A stretch of DNA of 64,000 nt, taken from NCBI GenBank assembly GCA_951406725.2, contig OX597834.1, forward strand, positions 7,192,001-7,256,000, read 5' to 3'. Of the stretch, positions 1 through 12,850 are shown in pieces. The notes under the pieces were generated by a model that was not told the DNA's origin, did no database searches, and worked only from the letters and a program-made list of their open reading frames with translations. Numbering within the stretch: position 1 is the stretch's first letter; each line of letters starts with the position of its first letter. This DNA is from Octopus vulgaris. Lineage: Eukaryota. Made by a program: the position numbers and the translations under genes.

Positions 1-70
1 TACATACATATATACATACATACATACATACATACATACATACACACACATACATACATACACACATACA

Positions 71-105
<35 letters not shown>

Positions 106-260
106 GTACATACGTGAATGCATGCATGCATACATACATACATACATACATACATACATAATACATACATACATACATACATACATACATACACATATAC
201 ATACATACGTGCATGCATGCGTACATACATACATACACATATGCCGATACACACACATAC
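1..260. repeat. (TACA)n-type microsatellite
   Basis: Direct reading: tacatacata... repeats; ORF 104..289 is an artefact of it. Confidence 0.95.
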
Positions 261-1950
261 TAGGTGGTATCAAAATATTCCTGGACTAGTTTTGTAATGC
301 ACCAACAGATGGCAGCACATGGTTGTGCACAGTGAGAGCTAGCAGTGACCTCTATGAGGCAGTGCACCAAGTGACATTGCTGTGTTTACTTGGTAAATTG
401 TGAAATTTGTGTTTTTGCAATCCCATGAATGCATTAGACCGCGATTTTGTCAAGAGCCAACGTGAAATTTTGTGTTAAACTCAGAAAGTCTGTGACTGAG
501 AAATCAAGATCATGCTTTGGTAAGCTTATGGGTCTTACACAATATTTCGAGTGGAATGGGTGCTTCAAAAGCAGAAGAACATCTCTGGAAGATGGTAAGT
601 GATCTGGAAGGCCTGCTGCAAATATCATCCCTGGAAACAGGGAGAAAAATTATCAGCTTGTACATAATGATTATCAGAAGACAATCAATGATATTGCTAA
701 CGGTGTTGGTCTGTCGTATGGGTCCATGCAGGCAATCCTAGCATCTGAATTGAACATGCAGCATGTTTGTCCCCTGCCTGATGCCCGCTGAGGAGAAAGA
801 AAACCCACATCGAATTCTGTCAAGTTGTCCATCAGTGTGCCACTGATGACCCACCCTTCATGTCAAGGATCATTACCTATTTCTTTACTACACACAAGGG
901 GCTAAACACAGAGGGGACAAACAAGGACAGACAAACGGATTAAGTCGATTATATCGATGCCAGTGCATAACTGGTACTTATTTAATCGACCCCGAAAGGA
1001 TGAAAGGCAAAGTCGACCTCAGCGCAATTTGAACTGTGAACGAAATACCTATTTCTTTACTACACACAAGGGGCTAAACACAGAGAGGACAAACAAGGAC
1101 AGACAAATGGATTAAGTCGATTATATCGACTGCAGTGCGTAACTGGTACTTATTTAATCGACCCCGAAAGGATGAAAGGCAAAGTCGACCTCGGCGGAAT
1201 TTGAACTCAGAACGTAACAGCAGATGAAATACCGCAGAGCATTTCGCCCAGCTTGCTAACATTTCTGCCAGCTCGCCGCCGTCGAGGATCATTACTGGTG
1301 TCGAGGGTTCGGTCTATGGGTAAGACCCTGAGATGAAGCAGCAGTCATCGCAATGGAAGAGCCCTTCATCTCCATGACTGCAGGAGGCATGACAGAGTCA
1401 CAGCTCAATCAAGGGCATGCGCATCGTGTTTTTTTTTTTTGACATCTGTGGTATTGAGCATTGAGAATGCATCCCCCAGAAACCAGGCCATCGATTGAGA
1501 GTTCTTCTGTGACGTTTTGAAGTGTTTGCGGGAGGACATTTGGTAAAAAACAACCAGATCTGTGGAATGTGAAGAACTGGATTCTTCACAAAAACAATAT
1601 ACCGAGTCACCAACCACTCTTCACTCATGAGTATCTCACCAAAAACAACATCGTATTGCTTCTGCCCCTGCCCTATTCGGCAAATTTAGCACCTACAGAC
1701 ATTCATCACTTTCCCAAGATGAAAATGTACCTCAAAGTTGTCATGATGCAGAGCAGCTGGCAGAGGGTCCTTCAATTGCTTATGGAAAATGACTTATCCA
1801 GGCCAGATTCCAAATGTGGAGGAATGCTGGGACTGGTGTATAGCTGCACAAGGGGGCTATTTTGAAGGAGACCATAATAAAACTTATATAAATAAGCCCC
1901 TTTTTTTTTATTAAACATTACTAGTCTGGAAACCTTTTGATAATTATGTA
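261..1950 (+). mobile_element. Decayed mariner-type DNA transposon, near full length, interrupted by a SINE dimer
   Basis: Imperfect TIRs tatcaaaatattcctggactagt (~268-290) / actagtctggaaaccttttgata (~1920-1942). Transposase remnants QRANVKFCVKLRKSVTE (~451), RIITGVEGSVYG*DPEMKQQSSQWKSPSSP (~1285) and WILH..N...H...LP.PYSANLAPTD..FPKMK (ORF 1569..1865), with stops and frameshifts. Confidence 0.88.
877..1280 (-). mobile_element. SINE family A, head plus 2 bodies
   Basis: tRNA-like head GGCGGCGAGCTGGCAGAA...GAGTTCAAATTCC on minus; body repeated twice; 15-bp TSD gtc(a/g)aggatcattac at 862-876 and 1281-1295. Confidence 0.9.
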
Positions 1951-1985
1951 TGTGTGTATGTATATATATATATATATATATATAT

Positions 1986-2143
1986 ACACTCACGGAGTGG
2001 TTGGCGTTAGGGAGGGCATCTAGCTGTAAAAACACTGCCAGATCAGACTGGGCCTGGTGCAGCCTTCTGGCTTCCCAGACCCCAGTTGAACCGTCCAACC
2101 CATGCTAGCATGGAAAGCGGACGTTAAATGATGATGATGATGA
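1986..2143 (+). mobile_element. Family D non-autonomous retroelement 3' part with (TGA)n tail
   Basis: ggagtggttggcgttagg.agggcatc.agctgta...ccatgctagcatggaaagcggacgttaaa.gatgatg; many other copies (about 3170, 19480, 25910, 42270, 45300, 48915, 56645, 61280). Confidence 0.85.
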
Positions 2144-2158
2144 TATATATATATACAC

Positions 2159-2254
<96 letters not shown>

Positions 2255-2256
<2 letters not shown>

Positions 2257-2366
2257 TGATGGTTTGTTGCCAACTTAATGTGGCAGTCCCAGGAAAGGGA
2301 ATGATGCTACTGGTATTTAGTCCCTTTCCTGGGACTGCCACATTAAGTTGGCAACAAACTATCACT
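2255..2366. repeat. Near-perfect inverted repeat (46-bp arms, 20-nt loop)
   Basis: 2255-2300 is the reverse complement of 2321-2366 with one mismatch (a G-U pair in + strand RNA). Confidence 0.92.
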
Positions 2367-2489
2367 TTAACATGCTGCTACTGCATAACTCTCTCTGAGA
2401 GATTTAGAAATGCATTATTTCTAATTTTATATATATGTGTGTGTGTGTGTATGTGTGTGTGTGTGTGTGTGTGTGTATCAACATGAAGT

Positions 2490-2560
2490 TTTCTCAGTGA
2501 ACAGGTCGCAGTTTGAAAGTGATGAAAATATTTTGACACAAATTAAATTTAAATGTTGAT
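2490..2560 (+). mobile_element. Fragment of the G3-C8 hammerhead-bearing element family
   Basis: cagtgaacaggtcgc...gaaaatattttgaca matches 32979-33028. Confidence 0.7.
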
Positions 2561-2569
2561 GTGAAACTA

Positions 2570-3040
2570 ATACCCCTTCCCTCCTTCAAACAAGTCCACA
2601 ACCTGTGTAACCTCCTGGTCCACAGTTTCTTCCCTAACCCCACCTCCCAACCTGGTTCATTCCTCTGCTCCAACCCACACTACTGCACTTACCCATACCT
2701 CTCCAACACAACCATCTTCACAGGCATCCATCATCGTCCCTATCACATCTCCACTTCTAGCAACGTCATTTACTGCACCACCTGTTCTTTCTACCCTTCT
2801 CTCTACATTGGTCAAACAGGACGCTGCTTGGCTGATCGGTTTGCAGAGCACCCCTGAGACATGAGACTTAGCAATGAGACCCCAGTCTCATGCCATTTTT
2901 GTTCTACTGGTCATTCACTATAACACCTGTCTGTGTTCAGATTGTCTTTGCACAGGGGCTGTCTGAACTCCCGTCTTTGCCATGAACAGGAATTAATCTC
3001 TCTTCGCTCCTTTGTGCCACATGGTCTCAACTCCTCTCTT
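2570..3040 (+). pseudogene. Penelope-like element GIY-YIG endonuclease remnant (Neptune-like, Cys-rich linker)
   Basis: ORF 2561..2857 has SSNVIYCTTCSFYPSLYIGQTGRCLADRFAEH, continuing past a stop as *DMRLSNETPVSCHF, the typical PLE endonuclease signature. Confidence 0.88.
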
Positions 3041-3370
3041 CATCTGATTCCCCTCCTCTCCTCTCTCTTCATCTGACACTCATTTCCTCTCTTCACACCA
3101 CCAACCTTTCCTCCCTCTCTTGCTCTGACTCCTACTTCCTCTCTTCACTCCTACCCACCATCTCTCTACATCTGGCTGCACCAGACTCCAGTCTGATTTG
3201 GCAAGGTTTTCTGTGGCTGGATGCCCTTCCTAATGCCAACCATTCCAAGAGCATAACAGGTGCCATCTATATGCATTTGTGTGACACTGGGGTAAGTTTA
3301 CAGGCCACCGGCATGGGAGCCAATTTGCATGACACAGGTATCTGCCGTGACTGCCATTTTGTTTGGCTTG

Positions 3371-3410
3371 ATTATTATTATTATTACCATCATTATTATC
3401 ATTATCATCA

Positions 3411-3480
<70 letters not shown>

Positions 3481-3509
3481 CATTATTATCATTATTATCA
3501 TTATTATCA

Positions 3510-3556
<47 letters not shown>

Positions 3557-3573
3557 TTATTATTATTATTATT
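3371..3573. repeat. (ATT)n/(TAA)n microsatellite
   Basis: Direct reading; abuts the 3' end of the REL-type LINE fragment. Confidence 0.95.
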
Positions 3574-3574
3574 A

Positions 3575-4119
<545 letters not shown>

Positions 4120-4889
4120 CATAGGCTACTGGTTCTAAATTGATATTAATTAAATTAATATTCAATATATCTCCCTCATTATATATATATATATATATAT
4201 ATATACATTTATATACATACACAAACACCCACACATACATAAATACATGTACACATAGATATATACATGCATATACATATGCATATATATATAAATATAT
4301 AGAGAGGAGGGAGAGATGTGAAAGAGAGAAAGTGAGAGAAAGGGAAGAGAAAGAAGGAGAGCATTATTAGGAAAAAAACGATGATCGTGATGTGTGATTC
4401 AATTTTGTGATAAATATTAAAAGTGACACAAATATAAGACATTCAGCTAAATGTCAGATCAACTGATTACTGTCAATTCCAAAAAAATAAATAGGATAAA
4501 TGAAAGGTAATTCATATGAATTCATTGCAAAATAGCAGACAATTCTTTGGAAGAATCAAATTATATTCTAGGCAAAACTAGAATTAATTGACAGGTGAGA
4601 GGGCTTTGACCCAATGTGTATCACCATGGTACATTTAATACTGTCACTCTATAAGCAGCTGTCTTCTTCCTTATTAGTGGACAATTTGTTTCGAAGTTTG
4701 TGTAGAAAAAAATCTGCTGGTTTTGAACTATAATACATTTGGTGTGAAGAAAATAATTTTACAGCTTAAAGACAATTTTATATGTGTGGTGTTCTTTGGC
4801 ACCAAAGCCACTAGGGAAAAGACACTGGAAAGGGGATAAATGTGAGTGGGGAAATTTTTGGGGGTATATGTCTACTGTGTGTGGTTGGT

Positions 4890-5086
4890 AACTTCTACTC
4901 TTCTCCTCTGGAAGCCATCTACTCGCAATACCATAAGGCGCACACTCTCCTACCCTGATGTAATCTCCAGGGATACAGGCATCCAGCAACAGGACCTCCG
5001 TAATGCCATAATGGACCGTGAAGTCTGGCATAGCATGGTAAATTCCATTGTCTCGACCACGGTCGAACAATGATGATGATGATGAT
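4890..5086 (+). mobile_element. RTE-type LINE 3' end with (TGA)n tail
   Basis: STLLLWKPS...TLSYPDVISRDTGIQQQDLRNAIMDREVW; same family as 57955-58320 and 58401-58724. Confidence 0.8.
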
Positions 5087-5094
5087 GTGGTTGG

Positions 5095-6200
5095 TAAATT
5101 GTATGGGAGAATTCTGATTGTAAGGGTGAAGAACCAGATAGAGAGTGTACTAGGGGAAGGGCAGTGTGGTTTTAGGAGTGCAATAGGGTGTGCAGATCAA
5201 ATATTTGTAGCAAGGTAGGTGTGTGAGAAATTTTTGGCAAAAGGTAGGGAGGTGTATTGGGCCTTTATGGACCTAGAGAAGGCATATGACTGTGTGGATA
5301 GGGATGTGGCAGGTGTTGCGGTTGTATGGAGTTGTATGGTAGATTGTTGAGAGCTGTTCTGAGTTTTTATAGAGAAAGTAAGGTGTGCGTTAGGGGGTGG
5401 GTGATGAAGTAAGTAAGTGAGTAGATTGATGCGAAGGTGGGGGCTAAGACAGGGTTATGTGATGTCTCCGTGGTTGTTTAATTTATGTATGGATGGTGTG
5501 GTGAGAAAGGTAAATGCTAGAACCTTTGGTAGGGAAGCCCAAATGGTGGGAGAAAATGGAGGAAAATGGCAGTTGTTGTTTGCTGATGATACAGCACTGG
5601 CGGCTGATTCAGAAGAGTAGCTGAGGAGACTGGTGGTGGAGTTTGGAAGACTGAGGAGACTGGTGGAGTTTGGAAGAGTGTGTGAGAGGAGGAAACTGAA
5701 AGTGAAAGTAGATAAGAGTAAAGTGATGAGATGTTCGAGAGATGGAATGGCTGGGAGGATGTATGTGAGTATAAATGGTGAGTTGTTGGAGGAGGTGTTT
5801 TTAAGTATTTGGGATCACATGTGAAAATGAATTAGGGGAGGGGATTGCTGAGGTAGTGGGTACAGAGTGAGGGAGGGGTGTAAGATACTTGGAGTTGTGA
5901 AAGGTATACTGAGAGATAAAAGGTTGAGTATGACAGTGAAAAGAGTTGTGTAGGAGGGTTTGATTGTGCTGATAGTGCCAAGGCATGGGGGCTAAGAGAG
6001 GCAGAAAGGGGGTGACCAGATGTGTTTGAGATGAGATGTCTGAGGGTGAGGAATGAGGAAGTGTGATGGTGAGCAGGAATGATACAAAGACCAACAACCA
6101 AAATGAATAGATGAATGTTGAGGTGGTTTGGTCTCATGGAGGGGACGGATGAGGATTAGCATGATGTGGTGGGGATAAACCAGCTTTATGCTGTTGGGCT
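5095..6200 (+). pseudogene. Decayed RTE-clade reverse transcriptase
   Basis: QCGFR, AFMDLEKAYD, GLRQGYVMSPWLFNLCMDGVVR, LLFADDTAL and LRWFG motifs spread over several frames with stops. Confidence 0.88.
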
Positions 6201-6359
6201 GTGCAGCTGATAGTGGGGGTTGCATTCTATGTCATGACCCAAGCACAGGACAGGGCTCGTTGAGCTGGGGAATGAATGGAATGCCTGGTGTATGTCTTGT
6301 TGTGGCTACCCACTCCTAAAAAATGGGGAATAAGCCAGAGTATATATATATATATATAT

Positions 6360-6556
6360 TACTAGTCGCCATGATAGATCGTTAGACACTACACACATTT
6401 TTTCTCTCCTTGTTTTTTTTCTGTGTCCCTTTCTGTAGAAGAGCATAGGCTCGGAACATAAAAGACTTTTTCTATTCCTGAGCATTATACTAATACATCT
6501 GTTTGTTTTGTACACCATCTGTCTTCGTCTTTTGTTTTTTCGTAAACTCTCCCTAT
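6360..6556 (+). mobile_element. Short pLTR-like element in (TA)n with A6U hammerhead-like fold (6429-6464)
   Basis: cttt-CTGTAGA-a-gagc-atag-gctc-GGA-acat-a-aaag; homologous to 26180-26375 and 53525-53716. Confidence 0.75.
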
Positions 6557-7146
6557 ACATATATATATCTGTATATAGTTATTTGTGTGTGTCTTTGCAT
6601 CTGTGTTTGTTTCCCACCACCACTTGACAACTGGTGTTGGTTTGTTTACAGCCCCCTTATTTATTAGTTCAGCAATAGAAACCTATAGAACAAATATCAG
6701 GCTTAAAAAAAAAGTAAGGGCTGAGGTTGATTCATTTGGCTAAAAATTCTTCAAGGCAGTGCCCCAGCATGGCCACAGTCTAATGACTGACACCAGGGAA
6801 AGATAAAAGAGAAAATATATCAGACAATACTTCGTGCAAACTATGGTGTTTTATTAATTTGTCCCCTGCAATCTACTTCTTGCAACCTGGGTAAAAGGTT
6901 CTTTATGAATTGTTAAATAACCTGTTTATTTCGTGCTTGTCCTTAGCAGCTGAAATCCCTCACGGCGCTTAATTGAAATGCAATGCAGATGAACATGACT
7001 CTTGGATATTCATAATCTTCATTGTACTTGAGTAACAATTAACTCAACTTTAAGTGTTTCACAAAGTGTTTGAGTATTAATTTAACTCTATAAATTCAAC
7101 TTCAGAAACGGTTACCAGATAATCTGAGAATATCAAATGAGATATA

Positions 7147-7362
7147 AGGCAGCGAGCTGGCAGAATCATTAGCACACTGGGCAAATTGCTTAGTGGCATT
7201 TTGTCCATCTTTGTGTTCTGGGTTCAAATTCAGCTGAGGTCGACTTAGCCATTTATTGTTCTGTGGTCAATAAAATAAGTTACCAGTTGAGTACTGGGGT
7301 TCATTTAAATGACTTACTCCCTCTCCCTAAATTGCTGGCATTGTGCCAAAATTTGAAACCAA
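7147..7362 (+). mobile_element. SINE family A variant, monomer with a different tail
   Basis: Same head and core; tail ...gctggc.ttgtgccaaaatttgaaacc; approximate TSD aatat(c/t)aaatga(g/a)atata. Confidence 0.8.
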
Positions 7363-7489
7363 TATTAAATGAAATATACTAGTATCTTGCATAGAGTGGG
7401 ATTATGTGAAGCCAAACACACACAGAAATATAGTTGCAGTCTGCTATAGTTATGATCCAGCATAGAGAGGTATCAAGATATTATATAAC

Positions 7490-7895
7490 TATTTCTTTAC
7501 TACCCACAAGGGGCTAAACACAGAGGGGACAAACAAGGACAGACAAGGGGATTATATCGACCCCAGTGATTGACTGGTACTTATTTAATCGACCCCAAAA
7601 GGATGAAAGGTAAAGTTGACCTTGGCAGAATTCGAACTCAGAACGTAACCGCAGATGAAATACCTATTTCTTTACTACCCACAAGGGACTAAACACAGAG
7701 AGGACAAGCAAGGACAGACAAATGGATTAAGTCGATTACATCGACCCCATTGCATAACTGGTACTTAATTTATCAGACCCAAAAGGATGAAAGGCAAAGT
7801 TGACCTTGGCGGAATTTGAACTCAGAACATAACGGCAAACGAAATACGGCTACGCATTTCGCCCGGCGTGCTAATGTTTCAGCCAGCTCGCCGCC
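7490..7895 (-). mobile_element. SINE family A, head plus 2 bodies
   Basis: 17-bp TSD tcaag(a/c)tattatataac at 7473-7489 and 7896-7912. Confidence 0.9.
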
Positions 7896-7990
7896 TCAAG
7901 CTATTATATAACATAGATATTTAGCTACCACGCAATGAAGAAATATAGCGATATAGAAACATTGATGGAGCATAGCTGTGTGGTAAGAAA

Positions 7991-8750
7991 CTGGCAGAAT
8001 CGTTAGCACGCCGGGCGAAATGCTTAGCATTATTTCGTCTGCCGTCACGTTCTGAGTTCAAATTCCACCGAGGTCGGCTTTGCCTTTTATCCTTTCGGGG
8101 TCGATAAATTAAGTACCAGTTACGCACTGGGGTCGATATAGGCGACTTAATCCGTTTGTCCTCTCTGTGTTTAGCCCCTTGTGGGTAGTAAAGAAATAGG
8201 TATTTCGTCTGCCGATACGTTCTGAGTTCAAATTCCACCGAGGTCGACTTTACCTTTCATCCTTTCGGGGTCGATAAATTAAGTACCAGTTACGCACTGG
8301 GGTCGATGTAATCGACTTAATACCTATGTCTGTCCTTTTTTGTTCCCTCTATGTTTAGCCCCTTGTGGGTAGTAAAGAAATAGGTATTTCGTCTGCCATT
8401 ACGATCTGAGTTCAAATTCCACCGAGGTCGACTTTGCCTTTTATCCTTTCGGGGTCGATAAATTAAGTACCAGTTACGCACTGGGGTCGATGTAATCGAC
8501 TTAATACCTATGTCTGTCCTTTTTTGTTCCCTCTATGTTTAGCCCCTTGTGGGTAGTAAAGAAATAGGTATTTCGTCTGCCGATACGTTCTGAGTTCAAA
8601 TTCCACCGAGATCGATTTTGCCTTTCATCCTTTCGGGGTCGATAAATTAAGTACCAGTTACGCACTGGGGTCGATGTAATGGACTTAATCCGTTTGTCTG
8701 ACCTTGTTTGTCCCCTCTATGTTTGGCCCCTTGTGAGCAATAAAGAAATA
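7991..8750 (+). mobile_element. SINE family A, head plus 4 bodies (184-bp period), nested in the head of a family B SINE
   Basis: Junction aaagaaataGGTAtttcgtc with GG at 8199, 8383 and 8567; the host SINE resumes at 8751; taagaa(a/g)ct is duplicated at 7984-7992 and 8749-8757. Confidence 0.9.
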
Positions 8751-8970
8751 AGAAGCTTGTTTCCAAGCCAAATGGTTCCAGGTTCAGTCACAGTGCAGAG
8801 CACCTTAGGCAAGTTTCTTCTACTTTAGTCCCAAACCCACCAAATCCTTGTGAGTGGGTTTGGTTGAGAGAAACTGAAGGAGGCCCATCATGTGTGTGTG
8901 TGTGTGTGTGTGTTTATGGTTTTCCCCACCACCACAACCACTTGACACACATATATATATATATATATAA

Positions 8971-9357
8971 TCTTTTACTTGTTTCAGTCATTTGACTGTG
9001 GCCATGCTGGAGCACCACCTTTAATCGAGCAAAGCAACTCCAGTACTTATTCTTTGTAAGCCTAGTACTTATTCTATCGGTCTCTTATGCCAAACCGCTA
9101 AGTTACGGGGACGTAAACACACCAGCATCGGTTGTCAAGCGATGTTGGGGAAACAAACAGACACACATATATATCTATACATATACATATATACGACGGT
9201 CTTCTTTCAGTTTCTGTCTACCAAATCCACTCACAATGCTTTGGTCGGCCCGAGGCTATAGTAGAAGACACTTGCCCAAGGTGCCATGCAGTGGGACTGA
9301 ACCCGGAACCATGTGGTTGGTAAGCAAGCTACTTACCACACAGCCACTCCTGCACCT
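8971..9357 (-). mobile_element. SINE family B, full length (tRNA-like head, CORE-like segment, internal microsatellite)
   Basis: Head GG.GCAGGAGTGGCTGTGTGGTAAG...GGGTTCAGTCCC, CACCTTGGGCAAGTGTCTT, tail GAAACAAGTAAAAGA. Confidence 0.9.
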
Positions 9358-9466
9358 ATATACATATATACATATACATACATGCGTACGCATGCATATA
9401 TTATGTACATATATCTATATTTATAGATACATACACACACACACACACATATATGTTCATACATAC

Positions 9467-9503
<37 letters not shown>

Positions 9504-9849
9504 AGAAAATGAGGAAGAGAAAACGGGAGTGAGGAAGTGAGAATGGGAGAGAGGAAAAGGGAGGGGAAGTGAGGGGGATAGAGAGGAAGAGAGAGAGAGA
9601 GAGAAAGAAAAGACATATGCATGTTTGTATCATTGTGTGTTAAATGACTGTACATGTCCCCATGTGGTTCATTTTTTTGACATGGAGCATAACATGTAAT
9701 CCATCATTGTTAAATTGAAATATGGCAGAACAGCAAATTGAGATGCACAGAGAAATACTTAATCATTATCTATATACAATTTTCTCTAATTGCACAAATA
9801 TATATACATGCACACAGATGCATATAAAATGCAACATACATACACTCAC

Positions 9850-9957
9850 TCACTCATATGTACATGCTTAAATGCACGCATATGAACACACATACATGCA
9901 AACCCATACACACAAATAGGAACATATATATATATATGTATGTATATAAATGTATAT

Positions 9958-10015
<58 letters not shown>

Positions 10016-10049
10016 GTGTGTGTGTTATATATATGTGTATATATATATG

Positions 10050-10080
<31 letters not shown>

Positions 10081-10202
10081 GTATCATCATCATCATCGTT
10101 TAGCATCCGCTTTCCATGCTAGATGGTATATGTATATATATATATATATATGTATGTATATATATATATTCATATGTATATACATATATATATGTATGTA
10201 TA

Positions 10203-10240
<38 letters not shown>

Positions 10241-10332
10241 TATATATATATATATATATATGTATGTATATATATATATATATGTATATATATTTATATA
10301 TATATATATATATGCATATATATATACATATG

Positions 10333-10384
<52 letters not shown>

Positions 10385-10405
10385 ACATACACACACACAC
10401 ACATT
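9850..10405. repeat. Compound (TA)n/(TG)n microsatellite
   Basis: Direct reading; explains the YI-rich ORFs. Confidence 0.95.
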
Positions 10406-12414
10406 TTTCATATTCGTTATGTTTGCATTCCATTTAGAATATGTTTGCTAATTAATTATTTTGTTATTTGCAGAATGCTGACAGAAAATGCAAACTGTTA
10501 AGGGTCTCCTAAGCACTTACCGTAGTGAACAACTTTACTGGAATAATAATTAATATTCCTTGTTTGCAATGCAGGAATTCAGCGCCAGTTACTTAAGCAG
10601 ATCCAGCAGCCGTCACTCCACCGAACACACGTATTTGCCCTGCCAACTCTTGGATGTTCCATGACAATTACAAATGTTAATCAACACAGCTATGTGGATA
10701 TCTCTGCCAATTAAGAATGTCAATCGACAAACTAAATATGTTAGTCCTTCAATTAAGGATGTTTCTTTGACAAATACAGGTATTTACCACCTCAGACAAA
10801 TATGTTACTCTGCCAGATCGACTTCTTTCTTTGACAGTCACGGATATTGATCTGCCATCAAAGGATATTGCCTTGGCAGATTTAGTTGTCACTTAAATGG
10901 AGCAGAGACAAATGATGTGTCTGCGTGGAAATACATAGCTGACAATTATTTAGATGAAAATGATGTTGATCCAGAAGATATACTATGCGTTCCAGGTATT
11001 ATGTCACTAATTATCTGCGAAGGATATTTCCAACAAAAGTTCAAATTGATCATAATTACACATTTGATCGTTTATTCTCCCGGTATGAAATATCATTGAC
11101 GTATATATATCAATTAGTTAATTTTGACTTAAGTGTTTGGTTCGGCAATGAATAAAAGAGAGAAGCAGTGAATGGTAAGAAATCCCTGTTTTGTATAAAA
11201 TGACAAATCTGAAGCAAAATATAATACAATGAATAACAGACTCTAAGGAAGAGAATTAAAACCTACACAAGAAAATATATATTTAAATTCAAGATCTAAA
11301 TTACGCTATCAGTATATATATAGAACAAAGAATTGGGATAATTACTTCAATCTAACTTTTGGAAAATATATAAATTATACATAATCACTTTCTAAATGAT
11401 ATCAGGTAGGTTTCCCATTTGAAATGATAATTAAACAACTCTAATTGGAGTTCTGAAAATTTTTCCTTTAAAAAATTAAGAAAAGGACATATTTGAATAT
11501 CTATTTTCTGTTTTTTTAGTTTTTTTCAAGAAAGAGAATTTTAAAATGTATGTAAAATGAGAATGTTTTAAAATTAAAATTTTAAAAGTTTTTCTAATGG
11601 AAATAATTCTTCAACAGTTTTGTTAATTGCAATATTAAGTATTTGCCAATTTCAACTAGAAACATTTAAAATCATTTGGTATAAAGATCAAAACATCTTT
11701 AATTAAAATAATAACTATTTCCTAAATGAAATCTTATATATATGCAATATCATTTCAAATTATTTTCTTTTGATACTAGCAAAGAGTGAAATAAACTGAC
11801 AAACAATATTTTAGTTGAGACATTTACTTGATATAAGTTATATGGCATAGGAGGCTAAGGGGTTGCTAGCACTTGCCCAATGTGCCACCCAATCTATGTA
11901 CAGAAGGAGCGACTTAGTGTCCCTTTTATAACCTGTCACTGATGTGTGTGCTGTTGTTGTTGTTAAGCAAGAAGATGGGTAAGGCTTCAAGGGCCACTGG
12001 AAATGTAGATCTCCTGGTCCAAATTCTTGAATGGCTGATGTGTGTGCTGTACCATACCATGAAGACATTAGCAGTCAAACGTTGAATAACCAACAAAGCA
12101 AAAGAGTCCTAGACCAACGACTTGAAAGTTATTCCTTGCCAAGCAGAAAATCTGTGCCATCAGACATTGGTTGGGCATCAACTAGCAAGTGAGGTGCAAC
12201 AGTGGGGCAGCCTCGTTGCTGACCATGTGTCTTGCATCCTTGTACACCACTTGACATAGAAGCCCAGAGAGGCAGTCTGGGTTGGGGGCACAACACCAAC
12301 TGCTTTATACGCTGTCAAACGGTGTTATGTTCAGATTGAATAGAACAAGCACAGACACAACAACACACACACAAACACACACACACACATTCATATATAT
12401 ATATATATATATAT

Positions 12415-12800
12415 ATAATAATAACAAAGGGTAAAATTAATTAATTAAGAAGTAATCAATAATTTCACCAAGTAGAATTCGGCATGAAAAAAGGACCACT
12501 TCATGGTAAACTTAAGTAATACTTAATAATAAGGGTTCAGCAAAGATTTGCTTTACCACATACCACTTTATTTACACCTTTATTCCAATCTAATTCCGAA
12601 ACGTGCGTCCATAGGTGACCAGATATTGATTGATTTTCGTTACTTTTCCTCTCTGTCTGTGTGAATTGTTTTCAAGTATTTTGGTTTTTCTGGGAGTCAC
12701 TTTTTAAGTAGAAGAAATAGCTAACGGTTTTTGGCTGCTATTTCTAAACTTCGGTATGTGGTAAAGCAAATCTTTGCTGAACCTTAATTATTAAGTATAT
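12415..12800. mobile_element. Fold-back pLTR-like element in (TA)n
   Basis: Inverted segments ~12520-12564 and ~12753-12798; related ends at 31925-32110 and 54125-54360. Confidence 0.65.
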
Positions 12801-12850
12801 ATATATATATATATATTATTTATAATAGGATTAGCTCGTATACGAGTAGG

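Noticed and set aside
5095-6200. Horizontal transfer of the RTE element
   Set aside because: RTE elements often transfer horizontally, but nothing in this window alone can show it; needs a cross-species search and phylogeny.
7991-8750. CRISPR-like regular array
   Set aside because: Units are contiguous 184-bp SINE bodies without unique spacers; eukaryotic context and no cas genes.
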